Of a stretch of 64,000 nucleotides of DNA, positions 35,830 through 46,148 are shown piece after piece. Origin of the DNA: Lentisphaeraceae bacterium (GTDB lineage: Bacteria > Verrucomicrobiota > Kiritimatiellia > RFP12 > DVOR01); NCBI GenBank assembly GCA_004555175.1, contig SFJE01000012.1, positions 2,961 through 66,960 of the forward strand, in the 5' to 3' direction. Each line of letters opens with the position of its first letter. The first letter of the stretch is position 1. Position numbers and translations under genes: made by a program. A model generated the notes under the pieces. That model made no database searches and was not told the DNA's origin. It worked only from the letters and a program-made list of their open reading frames with translations.

Positions 35830-36540
35830 ATGACAGAGATGATCGGTTATACGTTGGTGGCGCTCGCTGCGCTTGTGCCGGCCTACCTGCTCGGGGCGGT
35901 GCCCTTTGGGTTGATAATCGCCAAGAGCCGTGGGGTTGACCTGCGCAACAGCGGGAGCAAAAATATTGGCGCTACCAATGTCTTTCGCTGCGTGGGCGCG
36001 AAGTGGGGCATTCTTGCCTTCTTGCTCGATATGCTCAAGGGCTTTGCCGGGGTCTACTGCGCGCTCTTGCCGCTGACGTGGGGCGCAGAAATCCCGGCCG
36101 ACCGCCTTTTGCTCCTGCGCGTCTTGTGCGGCACGGCGGCGATGCTCGGGCACATCTTCCCCATTTACCTGCGCTTTAAGGGCGGCAAAGGCGTGGCCAC
36201 GGCGCTGGGGTTGCTCTTTGGCGTGGCCCCGCTCGCCGGGGGCATTGGCTTTGCCGGGTGGGCGGTTATCTTCCTGCTAAGCCGCTACGTCTCGCTGGCC
36301 AGCTGCTTGGCGGGGGTCATCGTAGCCGCCACCATCTGGTCGCCGCTCTATCCCTACGCCGGCTGCTGCGCTTCGCCCATCTGGTTCCGCGTGCTCATCA
36401 CCATCCTGGCCGCTCTGGCCATCCTCAAGCACCGCCAGAATATTGTTCGCCTGCTGAATGGCACGGAGAACCGCTTCGCCTTCACCGCCGCCCAACGCGC
36501 CGCCCGCGAGGCCGCGCGCAACGCCAAGGAGACGCTATGA
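35830..36540 (+). CDS. plsY: Glycerol-3-phosphate acyltransferase PlsY
   Basis: SGSKNIGATNVFR and FKGGKGVAT motifs in a multi-pass membrane profile. Confidence 0.92.
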   Translation: MTEMIGYTLVALAALVPAYLLGAVPFGLIIAKSRGVDLRNSGSKNIGATNVFRCVGAKWGILAFLLDMLKGFAGVYCALLPLTWGAEIPADRLLLLRVLCGTAAMLGHIFPIYLRFKGGKGVATALGLLFGVAPLAGGIGFAGWAVIFLLSRYVSLASCLAGVIVAATIWSPLYPYAGCCASPIWFRVLITILAALAILKHRQNIVRLLNGTENRFAFTAAQRAAREAARNAKETL

Positions 36541-37526
36541 ACATTGCAGTCATCGGAGATGGCGGCTGGGGCTCCGCCGCTGCCAAGCTCCTCGATTCCT
36601 ACGGCCACACCGTCACCGTCTGGGGGCCCTTCCCAGAGTACATCGCCGAAGTGCGCAAGACCTTGACGAATCCGCGCTACCTGCCGGGTATCAAGTTCGC
36701 CCCCAGCATTCACTGGACCTCTGCGCTTGCCTCGGCGGTGCCCGATGCCGATGCGGTGGTTCTGGCCGTTCCCTCTAAGTTCTACCGCTCAATCTGCGAG
36801 CAGATTGCCCCGCTCCTGGATGTGAAACACACGCTGGTCATCAGCCTCACCAAGGGCGTCTGCCCCGAGACGCACCAGCGGATGAGCGAGGTGGCGCGCG
36901 AGACGCTCAAGACCGACCGCGTGGTCGTCCTCTCCGGCCCCTCGCACGCCGAGGAGGTGGCCCGCCGCATTCCCACGGCCGTCACTTGCGCTTGCGCAGA
37001 TCACGCCCTGGCTGTTGAGGCCCAAAAGCTCTTCAACGGTCCGCGCTTCCGCGTCTACACCACCGATGACGTTCTGGGGGTGGAGATTGGCGGCCTCGTG
37101 AAGAATGTGCTCGCCATCGCCGTCGGCGCCAGTGACGGCTTTGGCTTTGGCGACAACACCCGCGCGGCCCTCATCACCCGCGGTCTGGCCGAGATGATGC
37201 GCCTAGGGCTCAAGATGGGTGCCCGCGCGCAGACGCTCAGCGGGCTGGCTGGGGTGGGGGACCTCATCGTCACCTGCACCTCTCAGCACAGCCGCAACCA
37301 CGCGGTGGGCGAGCGCCTGGGTCGCGGTATCCCCATCTCCGAGATTCTCTCGGGGATGCAGATGGTGGCCGAAGGGGTGGACAACGCCAAGCTCTTGCAC
37401 GACCTTGCCGAGCAGTTCCAGGTGGAGATGCCCATTGCCGATGTGGTCTACCGCATGTGCTACTGCAACCTCTCGGCTGAAGACGCGGTGATGCTCCTGA
37501 TGGAACGTACCGCCAAGCCCGAGTAA
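36537..37526 (+). CDS. gpsA: NAD(P)H-dependent glycerol-3-phosphate dehydrogenase
   Basis: MNIAVIGDGGWGSA Rossmann start and GLVKNVLAIAVG and SQHSRNHAVG motifs. ATGA overlap with the plsY stop. The upstream 93 codons of track ORF 36258 lie inside plsY and are rejected. Confidence 0.92.
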   Translation: MNIAVIGDGGWGSAAAKLLDSYGHTVTVWGPFPEYIAEVRKTLTNPRYLPGIKFAPSIHWTSALASAVPDADAVVLAVPSKFYRSICEQIAPLLDVKHTLVISLTKGVCPETHQRMSEVARETLKTDRVVVLSGPSHAEEVARRIPTAVTCACADHALAVEAQKLFNGPRFRVYTTDDVLGVEIGGLVKNVLAIAVGASDGFGFGDNTRAALITRGLAEMMRLGLKMGARAQTLSGLAGVGDLIVTCTSQHSRNHAVGERLGRGIPISEILSGMQMVAEGVDNAKLLHDLAEQFQVEMPIADVVYRMCYCNLSAEDAVMLLMERTAKPE

Positions 37527-37558
37527 TTCCCTGCTTAAGTTTAGAAAGGATTGACCTT

Positions 37559-38293
37559 ATGTCGATTATTGGCGTTATCCCATCGCGCTGGGGTTCCACG
37601 CGCTTTCCCGGCAAGCCGCTCACGCCCATCCTAGGCCGGCCGCTCATCCTCTGGGTGGTCGAGGCCGCCAAGCGCGCCAAGAAGCTCGACCGCGTCATCG
37701 TTGCCACCGACGACGAGCGTATTCGCGAGGCCGTCGGCTCCGCCTGCGAAGTGGCGATGACCGCCTCCGACCTCCCTTCCGGTACCGACCGCGTGGCCGT
37801 CGCCGCCAAAGCCGAGCCCGGCGACATCGTCATCAACATCCAGGGCGATGAGCCGCTGATGGATCCTGACCTCATCGACGCGCTGGCCGAGCGCATGATC
37901 CGCACCGGCGAAGAGATGGCTACCGCCGCTTGCCCCATCCAATCGCCCGAGCAGCTTAATGCGCGCACCGTCGTCAAGGTGGTCCTGCGCAACGACGACA
38001 GCGCCCTCTACTTCTCGCGCTTGCCCATTCCCTGCCGCCGCGATGGTGAGCCCGACCTCGCCTCCGGCCTCTACTGGCGCCACCTGGGCATCTACGCCTA
38101 TCGCGGCGACTTCCTCGCCCGCCTCATCAAGACCCCGCCCTGCCCCCTGGAGAAGACCGAATCGCTCGAGCAACTCCGCGCCCTCTGGCTCGGTGGGCGT
38201 ATCGGCGTCATTCGCTGCAACGATGAAGGGGTGGGGGTCGACACCCCGGCCGACGTCGAAACCGTCGAAAAACTCCTCCTTAAAAGGCTCTAA
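37559..38293 (+). CDS. kdsB: 3-deoxy-manno-octulosonate cytidylyltransferase (CMP-KDO synthetase)
   Basis: IGVIPSRWGSTRFPGKPL and NIQGDEPL motifs. This implies an LPS-bearing (diderm) host. Confidence 0.92.
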   Translation: MSIIGVIPSRWGSTRFPGKPLTPILGRPLILWVVEAAKRAKKLDRVIVATDDERIREAVGSACEVAMTASDLPSGTDRVAVAAKAEPGDIVINIQGDEPLMDPDLIDALAERMIRTGEEMATAACPIQSPEQLNARTVVKVVLRNDDSALYFSRLPIPCRRDGEPDLASGLYWRHLGIYAYRGDFLARLIKTPPCPLEKTESLEQLRALWLGGRIGVIRCNDEGVGVDTPADVETVEKLLLKRL

Positions 38294-38294
38294 G

Positions 38295-38615
38295 ATGACC
38301 GAAGCCCACGCCCTCTTTACCGCCGTCCCCAAGAAGCACAACTGTGCCCAAGCCGTGATGCAGGGCGGCGGTGGCACCCCCGAGCAGGTGGCTGAGATGG
38401 CTGCCTGCGGCGGCGGTCACGCCCCCGGCGGCCTCTGCGGCGCGCTGCACGCCGCCCTCCTCCTCTGCCCCGACCAGGCCGAGGCCATCAAGGCCGCCTT
38501 CGCGCGCGAGGTCGGTGCCCTCACCTGCCACGACATCAAGACGCAGGCACACACGCCCTGCCCCCTCTGCGTGGAAGCCGCTGCCCGGCTCGTCGAAAGC
38601 GCTGCGCGCGCCTAA
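38295..38615 (+). CDS. C_GCAxxG_C_C family putative redox-active protein (106 aa)
   Basis: NCAQAV ... GGLCGALHAA ... TCHDI ... CPLCV reproduces the C-GCAxxG-C-C cysteine pattern. ATG 38295 sits 1 nt after the kdsB stop. It is the in-frame tail of track ORF 37959..38615. Confidence 0.65.
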   Translation: MTEAHALFTAVPKKHNCAQAVMQGGGGTPEQVAEMAACGGGHAPGGLCGALHAALLLCPDQAEAIKAAFAREVGALTCHDIKTQAHTPCPLCVEAAARLVESAARA

Positions 38616-38641
38616 CCCCTCATTGAAAGGAACATTCCCCC

Positions 38642-39010
38642 ATGCAAACGCTCAGTACCCCCAACGCTCCCGCCGCCATCGGCCCCTACAGCCAGGCCAA
38701 GATTATCAACGGCCTCCTCTTCGCTTCCGGCCAGATTCCCGTTGACCCCGCCACCGGCACCATCCCCGAAGGGATTGCCGCCCAGGCCGAGCAGGCCTGC
38801 AAGAACTGCGGCGAACTCCTCAAGGCCGCTGGCCTCGATTTCTCGCGCGTCATCAAGACCACCTGCTTCTTGGCTGACATTGCCGACTTCGCCGCCTTCA
38901 ACGAAGTCTACGCCAAGTATTTTATCTCCAAGCCTGCTCGCTCCTGCGTGGCCGTGCGCGACATTCCCAAGGGCTGCCTCTGCGAAATCGAAATCCTCGC
39001 CCTGGCCTAA
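38642..39010 (+). CDS. ridA: RidA/YjgF-family reactive-intermediate deaminase
   Basis: APAAIGPYSQA..NGLLFASGQIP..DPATG...CEIEILA is a typical RidA sequence. GAAAGGAA SD upstream. Confidence 0.92.
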   Translation: MQTLSTPNAPAAIGPYSQAKIINGLLFASGQIPVDPATGTIPEGIAAQAEQACKNCGELLKAAGLDFSRVIKTTCFLADIADFAAFNEVYAKYFISKPARSCVAVRDIPKGCLCEIEILALA

Positions 39011-39124
39011 CCCCGCAAGCGGCTCGCTCCGCTCGCGATGACATCGGGGAGAGAACAGATGACGAATGGGCTCTAGGCTACTCGCCCGGCTTCTCTCCCT
39101 CCATTTTCCCCTCCATTCCACCTA

Positions 39125-39150
39125 GGCGCGGCTCTCAGCCGCGCCTTTTT
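39125..39150 (+). terminator. Rho-independent terminator after ridA
   Basis: 9-bp stem ggcgcggct / agccgcgcc with loop ctc, then TTTTT. Confidence 0.8.
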
Positions 39151-39266
39151 CGTCCCCCGTCCCCTCTCACCTTGCCCCAGGACCATTTTTCCCTAGGGCT
39201 TACTTCGGGGCGAGGGAGACCCTAGATCGAGGTGAGCGAGGCCGGTCTTTTGGGAGGGGGTGGGGA

Positions 39267-42200
39267 TTACTTGAGGAGGCCCTCAATGTCGGCGAGGGTG
39301 AGGGAGGAGAGGAGGGAGGCATCGGAGGCGTTGACGGTAGCGTCGATGAGGGCCTGCTTCTTGCGTTGGAGCTCGAGGACCTTTTCTTCGACGGTGTCCA
39401 GGGCGATAAACTTGATGGCGTGGACGGTCTTCTTTTGGCCGATGCGGTGGGCGCGGTCGGTGGCTTGCTCTTCGGCGGCGGGGTTCCACCAGGGGTCGAA
39501 GTGGATGACGGTATCGGCGCCGGTGAGGTTGAGGCCGATGCCGCCGGCTTTGAGGGAGATGAGGAAGAGGGGGATGGAGGGGGTTTGGTTGAAGCGGGCA
39601 CACTCGCCAAGGCGGTCTTTGGTGGAGCCGTCGAGGTAGCAGTAGGGGATGGCTTCGGCCTCAAGGCGCTGGGCGATGAGGGCGAGCATTGCGGTGAATT
39701 GGGAGAAGACGAGGATGCGGTGGCCGCCAGCGCGGGCCTCTTCCAGGCACTCCATTAGGGCGTCAATCTTGGCGGAGGGAGCTTCGTTGGGGCGCGGGGT
39801 GCGGTCCTTGAGGAGCCGGAGGTCGCAACAGACTTGGCGCAGGCGCATGAGCAGGGCAAGGACCTCGAACTTGGATTTCTCGAAGCCCTTTTCCTTGACC
39901 AGGCCGCGCATCTTGGCGCGCATATCGTCGCGGCAGGCGTCGTAGACTTGGCGCTGGGCGGGGGTGAGTTCGCAGTAGGTGACCGAGCGGATTTTGTCGG
40001 GGAGGTCCTTGGCGACCTCCTTTTTGACGCGGCGCAGGAGGAAGGGGTGCAGTTTGTCGCGCAGACGCTCCTGGGCGGCTTCGGCGGTGGCACCACCCAG
40101 GGCGATGGCATCTTCGTAGGCGGCCTTGAAGTCCTCGTAGGGGCCAAGGTAGCGGGGCATCAGGAAGTCCATAATGCTCCAAAGGTCGGAGACGCCATTC
40201 TCAATGGGGGTGCCGGAGAGGACGAGGCGGGTGTCGGCGCGGAGGAGTTTGACGGCCTGGGCGTTTTGGGTGCGCTGGTTCTTGATGGCCTGAGCTTCGT
40301 CTAGGACGACGGCCGAGAGGCGCGACTGGGTGTAGAAGGCGATGTCGCGGCGGATGAGGGCGTAGCTGGTGATGAGGAGGTCGGCGCGCGGGATCTCGGC
40401 GAAGTGCTTGGTGCGGTCGGGCCCGGAGAGGACGAGGACACGGAGCCAGGGGGCGAACTTCTCGGCCTCGCGGTGCCAGTTTTCGACGAGGGAGGTGGGG
40501 CAGACGATGAGAGCGGGGAGGTCCTTGGCCTCCTCGCGGCAGCGGGGCAGTTGAAGCCAGGTGAGGGTTTGGAGGGTCTTGCCCAGGCCCATTTCGTCGG
40601 CCAGGATGCCGCAGAAGCCACAGGCTTCTAGGAAGCGGAGCCAGTAGACGCCTTGCTTTTGGTAGGGGCGAAGGGTGCCCTCTAGGCGGCCGAGGGGGAT
40701 GGGTTCGAGGCTGCGCTCGCGATTTTGGGCGGCTGCGCGCGCACGCCAATCCGGGGCGGCCTCCACGTCGATGCCTTCGAGTTTATCGAGGGCGGATTGG
40801 ACGAATGGGGCGTGGACGTGGTCGATGCGCGAGGAGCCAGGACGCGTGCCGGCGCGGGCATTACAAGAGTTGAGGGTTTGGCGGAGGGTGCGGATGGCAC
40901 CGATATCGAGCAGGGCGGTCTTGCCCGCCTTCTCGATGTAGGCGTTGCCGTGGGCGAGGGCTCGCTCGATTTCGGCGGGCGTAACCTCGATGGTGCCGCG
41001 CGGCGAGGCGTAGCGGGTGGAGACCTCGAAGTCGCTGCCCGCACCCGCCACTTCGCGCACGTCGACGACCGGGACGATGACCTCGGCCGCGTCGAAGACG
41101 TCGGCGATGGGGCCGGAGAGGGCCACCTTCCAGCCCTCGCGGCGGAGGGCGGTCACCTGCGAGCCGAGGAGGTTGAGGACGGCGCGCTGGCCGGTTAGGC
41201 CGCCAAGGTTCAGACCGTCGCCGCCAAAGAAGCCGATGGCGTGGAGGCGTTCGAGGGCCTCGCGCTCGGCCGGTGGGTTGCGGACGGTGCAGTGGTAGAA
41301 GTCGTCAGGGTCGGGAACGGAGACTTCGCCGGGCGCTTTGAGGGGGATCCAGGTGTTGCCGTAGAGGGCGCGGGCGGTGGCCGAGATGGAGGCGGTGCTG
41401 CCGGAGAGTTCGAGGCGGAAGCGGGGTTTGCCAGGAGTGGTGGTGAAGAGGTCGGGCGTGAGGCTGCCTTCGGCCACGGGGAGCTGCGCGGTGAGGAGCG
41501 GCCACTCGGTGTGGAAGAAGCCCATCAGCTTATGGCGCGGGATGGATTCGGCCTGGCGGTAGAGGGAGTGGAAGGGGGGCAGGAGGCCCTTGGTGAGGGG
41601 GCGGAGGGCGGTCGGGGTGACCCAAAAGCCGTTGCAGCCTTCGGCTAAGCAGGCACCGCCCTCGGGGCAGCGGAGGCGGAGGATGACCGAGTCACGCTCC
41701 GGGTCGGCCTCCAAGAGGAGCTCCGTGGCGACAGGCTCGGGGGAGAAGAGGAGGCGCCGGCGCGTTTCGGCCGAGCCGACCCAACTCTGCGCACTGCACC
41801 GGAGGATGGCCATCGCGTCGCGGGCCGAGAGGGTAAGGATGTCGAGGAAGGGGCCGCCGGCGATGTCTTCGAGAATGCCTAGGAGGTTCTCATCGGCCGG
41901 GGAGAAGGCGTAGGGGCCGGGTGGGAGATCTTGCGGGCGGAGGGCCTTGCCATTGAGGGAGACGCGGATAGCTACCTTGACGGTGCCCGCCCAGAATTGC
42001 TTGGGCAGGTCGCGCGGGAGGAGGATGAGGAGGCTCGCGGGGCGGCCGTTGGCCGCGCGAGCGATGAGCCCTTGTGCCTGGGCCAAGGCGGCGGCACGGG
42101 CCCGTTCCTGGGCATAGATCGCCCGACGTTCGGCATTGCCATAGGCCTGCATCACCCCCAACATGAGGGCAACAATGTGTTCGCAGAGCATTCCCGCTTC

Positions 42201-42734
42201 GCGCGATTGGGCGCAGGGGCACTTGCCCTCGGCTAGGCCATTGGAGAGCATGCGGAAGGTGACCGCCAGCTCCCCGCCGTGAATGCGCACCCGGCCCGAG
42301 CCGGTGGGATAGGTAAAGCGCACCTGCGCTAGCGCCCCCTGGCGGATGAGTCCCTCGGCCCGCGCCACAAGCGAGGGACCCGCCCAGCGCACAATCTCTT
42401 CGCGCGTCGGCGCCCGTTCAGCCGAGAAGGTCAGCGCTTCTTCCCCCTCCGTGCCGTGCTCCTTGGCCCACTTGAGCCCCAGAGCCACCGCGTGAGCGCA
42501 GACCTTTCCCGACCGCCCCTCCGCACACGGGCACATCACCTGCGGTCGCGCACTCCCCGCCGTTAGCCGCAGCCGAACAACGATACGCGAAGCCCCTTGC
42601 CGCAGGGATCCACCCAGAATCTCCCCCTGCGCTTGCATCCCCTGAACGGCATCTTCCTTCAAGAGCTTGAGACCCGCTTCCAACACGTCGGAAGGGGCCC
42701 AGGTCATCACCTGCTGGCGCGTGAGTTGAATCAT
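39267..42734 (-). CDS. SNF2-family helicase with two N-terminal SWIM zinc fingers
   Basis: ILADEMGLGKT (motif I), VVLDEAQAIKN (motif II) and TDRAHRIGQKKTV (motif VI). Two CxC..CxH SWIM signatures: CPCAEGRSGKVCAH and CPCAQSREAGMLCEH. Start set at ATG 42734 (MIQLTRQQ). The 64 Arg/Pro-rich upstream codons of the track ORF are rejected. Confidence 0.88.
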   Translation of the reverse strand: MIQLTRQQVMTWAPSDVLEAGLKLLKEDAVQGMQAQGEILGGSLRQGASRIVVRLRLTAGSARPQVMCPCAEGRSGKVCAHAVALGLKWAKEHGTEGEEALTFSAERAPTREEIVRWAGPSLVARAEGLIRQGALAQVRFTYPTGSGRVRIHGGELAVTFRMLSNGLAEGKCPCAQSREAGMLCEHIVALMLGVMQAYGNAERRAIYAQERARAAALAQAQGLIARAANGRPASLLILLPRDLPKQFWAGTVKVAIRVSLNGKALRPQDLPPGPYAFSPADENLLGILEDIAGGPFLDILTLSARDAMAILRCSAQSWVGSAETRRRLLFSPEPVATELLLEADPERDSVILRLRCPEGGACLAEGCNGFWVTPTALRPLTKGLLPPFHSLYRQAESIPRHKLMGFFHTEWPLLTAQLPVAEGSLTPDLFTTTPGKPRFRLELSGSTASISATARALYGNTWIPLKAPGEVSVPDPDDFYHCTVRNPPAEREALERLHAIGFFGGDGLNLGGLTGQRAVLNLLGSQVTALRREGWKVALSGPIADVFDAAEVIVPVVDVREVAGAGSDFEVSTRYASPRGTIEVTPAEIERALAHGNAYIEKAGKTALLDIGAIRTLRQTLNSCNARAGTRPGSSRIDHVHAPFVQSALDKLEGIDVEAAPDWRARAAAQNRERSLEPIPLGRLEGTLRPYQKQGVYWLRFLEACGFCGILADEMGLGKTLQTLTWLQLPRCREEAKDLPALIVCPTSLVENWHREAEKFAPWLRVLVLSGPDRTKHFAEIPRADLLITSYALIRRDIAFYTQSRLSAVVLDEAQAIKNQRTQNAQAVKLLRADTRLVLSGTPIENGVSDLWSIMDFLMPRYLGPYEDFKAAYEDAIALGGATAEAAQERLRDKLHPFLLRRVKKEVAKDLPDKIRSVTYCELTPAQRQVYDACRDDMRAKMRGLVKEKGFEKSKFEVLALLMRLRQVCCDLRLLKDRTPRPNEAPSAKIDALMECLEEARAGGHRILVFSQFTAMLALIAQRLEAEAIPYCYLDGSTKDRLGECARFNQTPSIPLFLISLKAGGIGLNLTGADTVIHFDPWWNPAAEEQATDRAHRIGQKKTVHAIKFIALDTVEEKVLELQRKKQALIDATVNASDASLLSSLTLADIEGLLK

Positions 42735-42801
42735 GGAGAGGAAAAACGAAAGGGGTGGGGGCCGCTTGGTGCCAACCCACCCCTTCTGGGTGCGCGCGGG
42801 C

Positions 42802-45333
42802 TTAGGCCTCGGGCTCGGGTTCTGCCGGGACCGCTTCGGGAGATGCCGGAGCGGGCGCTTCCTCGGTCTCCTCGGCCGGAGCCAGCGAGAAGGTCGCCAG
42901 CGAAGCCCCCTCCTGCAGGCGAACAAAGTTGACGCCGGCGGCCGTGCGGCCCATCGTGCGCACTTCGCTCACGCGGGTGCGGATGAGCAGACCGTTGGTG
43001 GCCAGGAGAACAAGCGTCTCGTCGCCCTTCACCGTGGCGATGCCGACGAGTTTGCCATTCTTTTCGCTCTCGCGCGGGTTGCCGATGACGCCCATCGAGC
43101 CGCGGTGGGTCTCGCGGAAGTCGGCGAAGGCGCTGCGCTTGCCGCGACCATTCTCGGTGACGAAGAGGAGTTCGGCCTCCGGCTCCTCGATGGCAAAGCC
43201 ACAGACGCGGTCACCCGGGACCTTGAAGCGCATGCCGCAGACGCCCATGGCGTTACGACCCACGAGGCGGACTTCGTCAATCTTGAAGCAATTGACAAAG
43301 CCTTCGCGTGTGGCCATAAAGACGCGGTCACCCGGCTTGGTGAGGGCCACCTTGACCAGTGCATTGCCCGGCTCGATGTTGATGGCGATGATGCCGCGGC
43401 GATTGATGTTCTTGAAGGCCACGAGCGCGGTGCGCTTGATGGTGCCGTCTTCCAGGACAAAGGTGATCTCGCGCCCCTCGTCGAAGCCGCGAATGGGCAG
43501 GATCTCAACGATGCGCTCGTCCTTCTGGAGGCCTTCGAGGAGGTTGGAGACGTGGGTGCCGGCGGTGGTGCGGGCAGCTTCGCGCAGGTCGAAGACGCGT
43601 GCGGCGTAGGCCCGGCCGCGGTCGGAGAAGAAGAGAAGCGTGTCGTGGGTCATGGGCACGTAGACGCGCTCGATGAAGTCCTCCTCCTTGATGGCCACGC
43701 CGCGCTTCCCCTGCCCGCCACGCCGCTGAGCGGCATACTCGGCCAGAGAGGTGCGCTTCATATACCCGCGGTGCGTGAGGGTGAAGACGCACGGCTCATC
43801 GGCAATCAAATCCTCCAGGTTGACGTCGCCCGCGGCCGGGATAATCTTCGTCAAGCGATCATTGGGCTTGGTGTACGCCTCGCGCAGCTCCTCCAAGTCG
43901 GCCTTGATGAGGGCAAAGACCTTCGCAGGATCCTCGAGGGTTGCCATCAACTCGGCGATACGCGCCTGGAGCGCGGCCTGCTCGGCGAGCAACTTATCGC
44001 GCTCCAAGCCGGTGAGCTGGCGCAGACGCATCTCGAGGATGGCGGAGACCTGCGCGTCGCTGAAGCCAAAGCGCGTCATGAGGCGGCTCTTGGCCTCCTC
44101 ATTGGTCTTGGAATCGCGGATAATGTGGATCACCTCATCGAGGTTGTCTTGGGCAATCAAGAGACCATCGACGATGTGGATGCGCTCCTTGGCGCGGGCC
44201 AACTCATAGCGGCAACGGCGGGTGTGCACCTCAAAGCGGTGGTCCACGTAGCACTGGAAGAAATCGCGCAGGTTCATCCGGCGCGGCCGCCCGTGGTCGA
44301 GGGCAATCATATTTGCGCCGAAGGTCGACTGCAGGTCGGAGTGCTTGTAGAGCTGGTTGAGGATGACGCTGGCCGGCTTGGCGTTCTGCTTGAGCTCGAT
44401 AACCACGCGAATGCCGTCCTTCAAGCTCGTCTCGTCGCGGATGTCGGAGATGCCTTCGATGATCCCATTCTTGACCAATTCGGCCATCTTGGTAATCATC
44501 GCCTGCTTGTTGACCATATAAGGAATGGAGGTTATGAGGATCGCCTCGCGCTTGCCCTCATTGAGGATCTCCGTCTCGCCCCGGACCGTGATCGATCCGC
44601 GCCCGAGCTTGTACATCGCCTCAATTCCCGCGCGGCCGCAGATTTGCGCCCCAGTGGGGAAGTCCGGCCCCTTGACAAACTGCATCAACTCATCGATGGA
44701 AGCTTCCGGGTGGTCGATGAAGTAAATCAGCCCCTCGCAAAGTTCGCGCAGATTATGCGGCGGGATATTCGTGGCCATGCCCACCGCGATGCCCTGCGAA
44801 CCATTCAGCAACAGATTCGGCAACTTGGAGGGCAACACGCGCGGCTCCTGCTCCAGGCCGTCATAGTTCGGCATGAAGTCCACCGTCTCCTTGTCAATAT
44901 CCGCCAACATCTCGTTGGCCACCTTGGCCATCCGGCACTCGGTGTAACGCGCGGCTGCAGCGCTATCGCCATCAATCGTGCCAAAGTTACCGTGGCCATC
45001 GACCAGCGGCACGCGCAGACTAAACCACTGCGCCATACGCACCAACGTGTCATAGATCGAGGCATCTCCGTGCGGGTGATACTTACCCATCACATCACCC
45101 ACCACACGCGCGCACTTCTTGTAGGGGCCGTTGTAGAAGTTCTTGGTCTCGTACATCGAGTAGAGCACGCGCCGATGGACCGGCTTGAAGCCATCGCGCG
45201 CGTCTGGCAAGGCTCGCGCCACAATCACACTCATCGAGTAGTCGATATAAGAGTTCTTCATCTCCTCGTCAACATTCACCGACACAAGATTCGCATCGTG
45301 GTTGCTCGGAATTGCCAACATATCGTCGTCCAT
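42802..45333 (-). CDS. gyrA: DNA gyrase subunit A
   Basis: [27 protein letters not shown] (catalytic-Tyr region downstream), C-terminal beta-pinwheel repeats and an acidic tail. SD GAAAGGA 7 nt upstream. A possible extended -10 TGcTATACT is the reverse complement of 45355-45363. Confidence 0.95.
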   Translation of the reverse strand: MDDDMLAIPSNHDANLVSVNVDEEMKNSYIDYSMSVIVARALPDARDGFKPVHRRVLYSMYETKNFYNGPYKKCARVVGDVMGKYHPHGDASIYDTLVRMAQWFSLRVPLVDGHGNFGTIDGDSAAAARYTECRMAKVANEMLADIDKETVDFMPNYDGLEQEPRVLPSKLPNLLLNGSQGIAVGMATNIPPHNLRELCEGLIYFIDHPEASIDELMQFVKGPDFPTGAQICGRAGIEAMYKLGRGSITVRGETEILNEGKREAILITSIPYMVNKQAMITKMAELVKNGIIEGISDIRDETSLKDGIRVVIELKQNAKPASVILNQLYKHSDLQSTFGANMIALDHGRPRRMNLRDFFQCYVDHRFEVHTRRCRYELARAKERIHIVDGLLIAQDNLDEVIHIIRDSKTNEEAKSRLMTRFGFSDAQVSAILEMRLRQLTGLERDKLLAEQAALQARIAELMATLEDPAKVFALIKADLEELREAYTKPNDRLTKIIPAAGDVNLEDLIADEPCVFTLTHRGYMKRTSLAEYAAQRRGGQGKRGVAIKEEDFIERVYVPMTHDTLLFFSDRGRAYAARVFDLREAARTTAGTHVSNLLEGLQKDERIVEILPIRGFDEGREITFVLEDGTIKRTALVAFKNINRRGIIAINIEPGNALVKVALTKPGDRVFMATREGFVNCFKIDEVRLVGRNAMGVCGMRFKVPGDRVCGFAIEEPEAELLFVTENGRGKRSAFADFRETHRGSMGVIGNPRESEKNGKLVGIATVKGDETLVLLATNGLLIRTRVSEVRTMGRTAAGVNFVRLQEGASLATFSLAPAEETEEAPAPASPEAVPAEPEPEA

Positions 45334-45417
45334 CTCAAGATCCTTTCGCCCCTCAGTATAGCATAAAATGGCGGAGCATGTCTGCCCCGCACGCGCCCGT
45401 TTTGCCGGGATTTTTCC

Positions 45418-45792
45418 TTAAGCCGGGGGCGCTAGCAGGGTAAAGGGCATCCACGGCAGATTGCGTAACGCAAAGAAGGTGATAATCACCCCGGCGAGGA
45501 CCCAGTTCAAGCGATGCCATGTGGTCAGGCGCGGATAGAGACACGCCACCAGCAAGTAGACAAGCAATGGCAAAAAGAGAGGATTATAGGCCACGCAGGC
45601 GCTCCAATCGCCGTGAACCAGTGCATGGAAGGCACGCGTATTGCCGCAACCGGGGCAATGGAGCGTGGTCAGGCGATGAAAGAAGCAACCCGGTAACCAC
45701 CAGGAGGTGGCCGGATCGGCAAAGCACAACACCCCCACGCCACCCAAAAAACCAAGCGGCACCAACCAACGCCAAGAAAGCCGGAACCTCAA
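45418..45792 (-). CDS. DUF2752-family membrane protein
   Basis: The CPGCGNTRAFHALVHGDW motif plus flanking hydrophobic helices is characteristic of DUF2752. Confidence 0.8.
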   Translation of the reverse strand: MRFRLSWRWLVPLGFLGGVGVLCFADPATSWWLPGCFFHRLTTLHCPGCGNTRAFHALVHGDWSACVAYNPLFLPLLVYLLVACLYPRLTTWHRLNWVLAGVIITFFALRNLPWMPFTLLAPPA

Positions 45793-46130
45793 CTATTCTC
45801 CAGAAGTGCCACCAACACTTGCAGCCCTATGCCAAGCACTTGCGTAATGAGGCCACCGATAAAACCAACAAGCGTCCAGGTCTTGGAACGCTGGCGCATC
45901 TTGGCCATCCCGGCCCAGTCGCCGGCCTTGGCACACCCCTCGGCCTTACACGCATAGACGATGCCAACCACACCACACGGCAGGCAGCAGCAGAGCGTGA
46001 CCAAGACCGCGCGAATAAGCGGCCCATTATCAGATTGCGGCATCGCAATGGGATTGCCCATGCGTGCAGCACAAGAAGGACAAGAGAGGGTGTTGGGTGG
46101 GAGTTCTTTCCCGCAGGTAGGGCAAAACAT
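45789..46130 (-). CDS. CD225/dispanin (IFITM-like) family membrane protein with an N-terminal zinc ribbon
   Basis: MFCPTCG..SCPSC zinc ribbon. The Cys-rich first helix VTLCCCLPCGVVGIVYA, a loop with GDW, and a second TM helix together give the CD225 pattern. 4-nt overlap with the next gene. Confidence 0.75.
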   Translation of the reverse strand: MFCPTCGKELPPNTLSCPSCAARMGNPIAMPQSDNGPLIRAVLVTLCCCLPCGVVGIVYACKAEGCAKAGDWAGMAKMRQRSKTWTLVGFIGGLITQVLGIGLQVLVALLENS

Positions 46131-46148
46131 CAGGAACCTCCAGAAGAC

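Noticed and set aside
24959-42926. N-terminal extensions of track ORFs (hom 24959, ask 26563, ilvA 31656, holB 34371, gpsA 36258, C_GCAxxG 37959, SNF2 42926, cas1 55654, cas3 61953).
   Set aside because: The extensions overlap upstream genes or terminators and lack an SD. Internal starts with GAAAGGA- or GGAGG-type SDs give canonical N-termini.
42733-45366. Plus-strand ORF of 877 aa opposite gyrA.
   Set aside because: It is a mirror ORF of gyrA, which is unambiguous. The translation is low complexity (G/A/D/L/R-rich) and lacks motifs.
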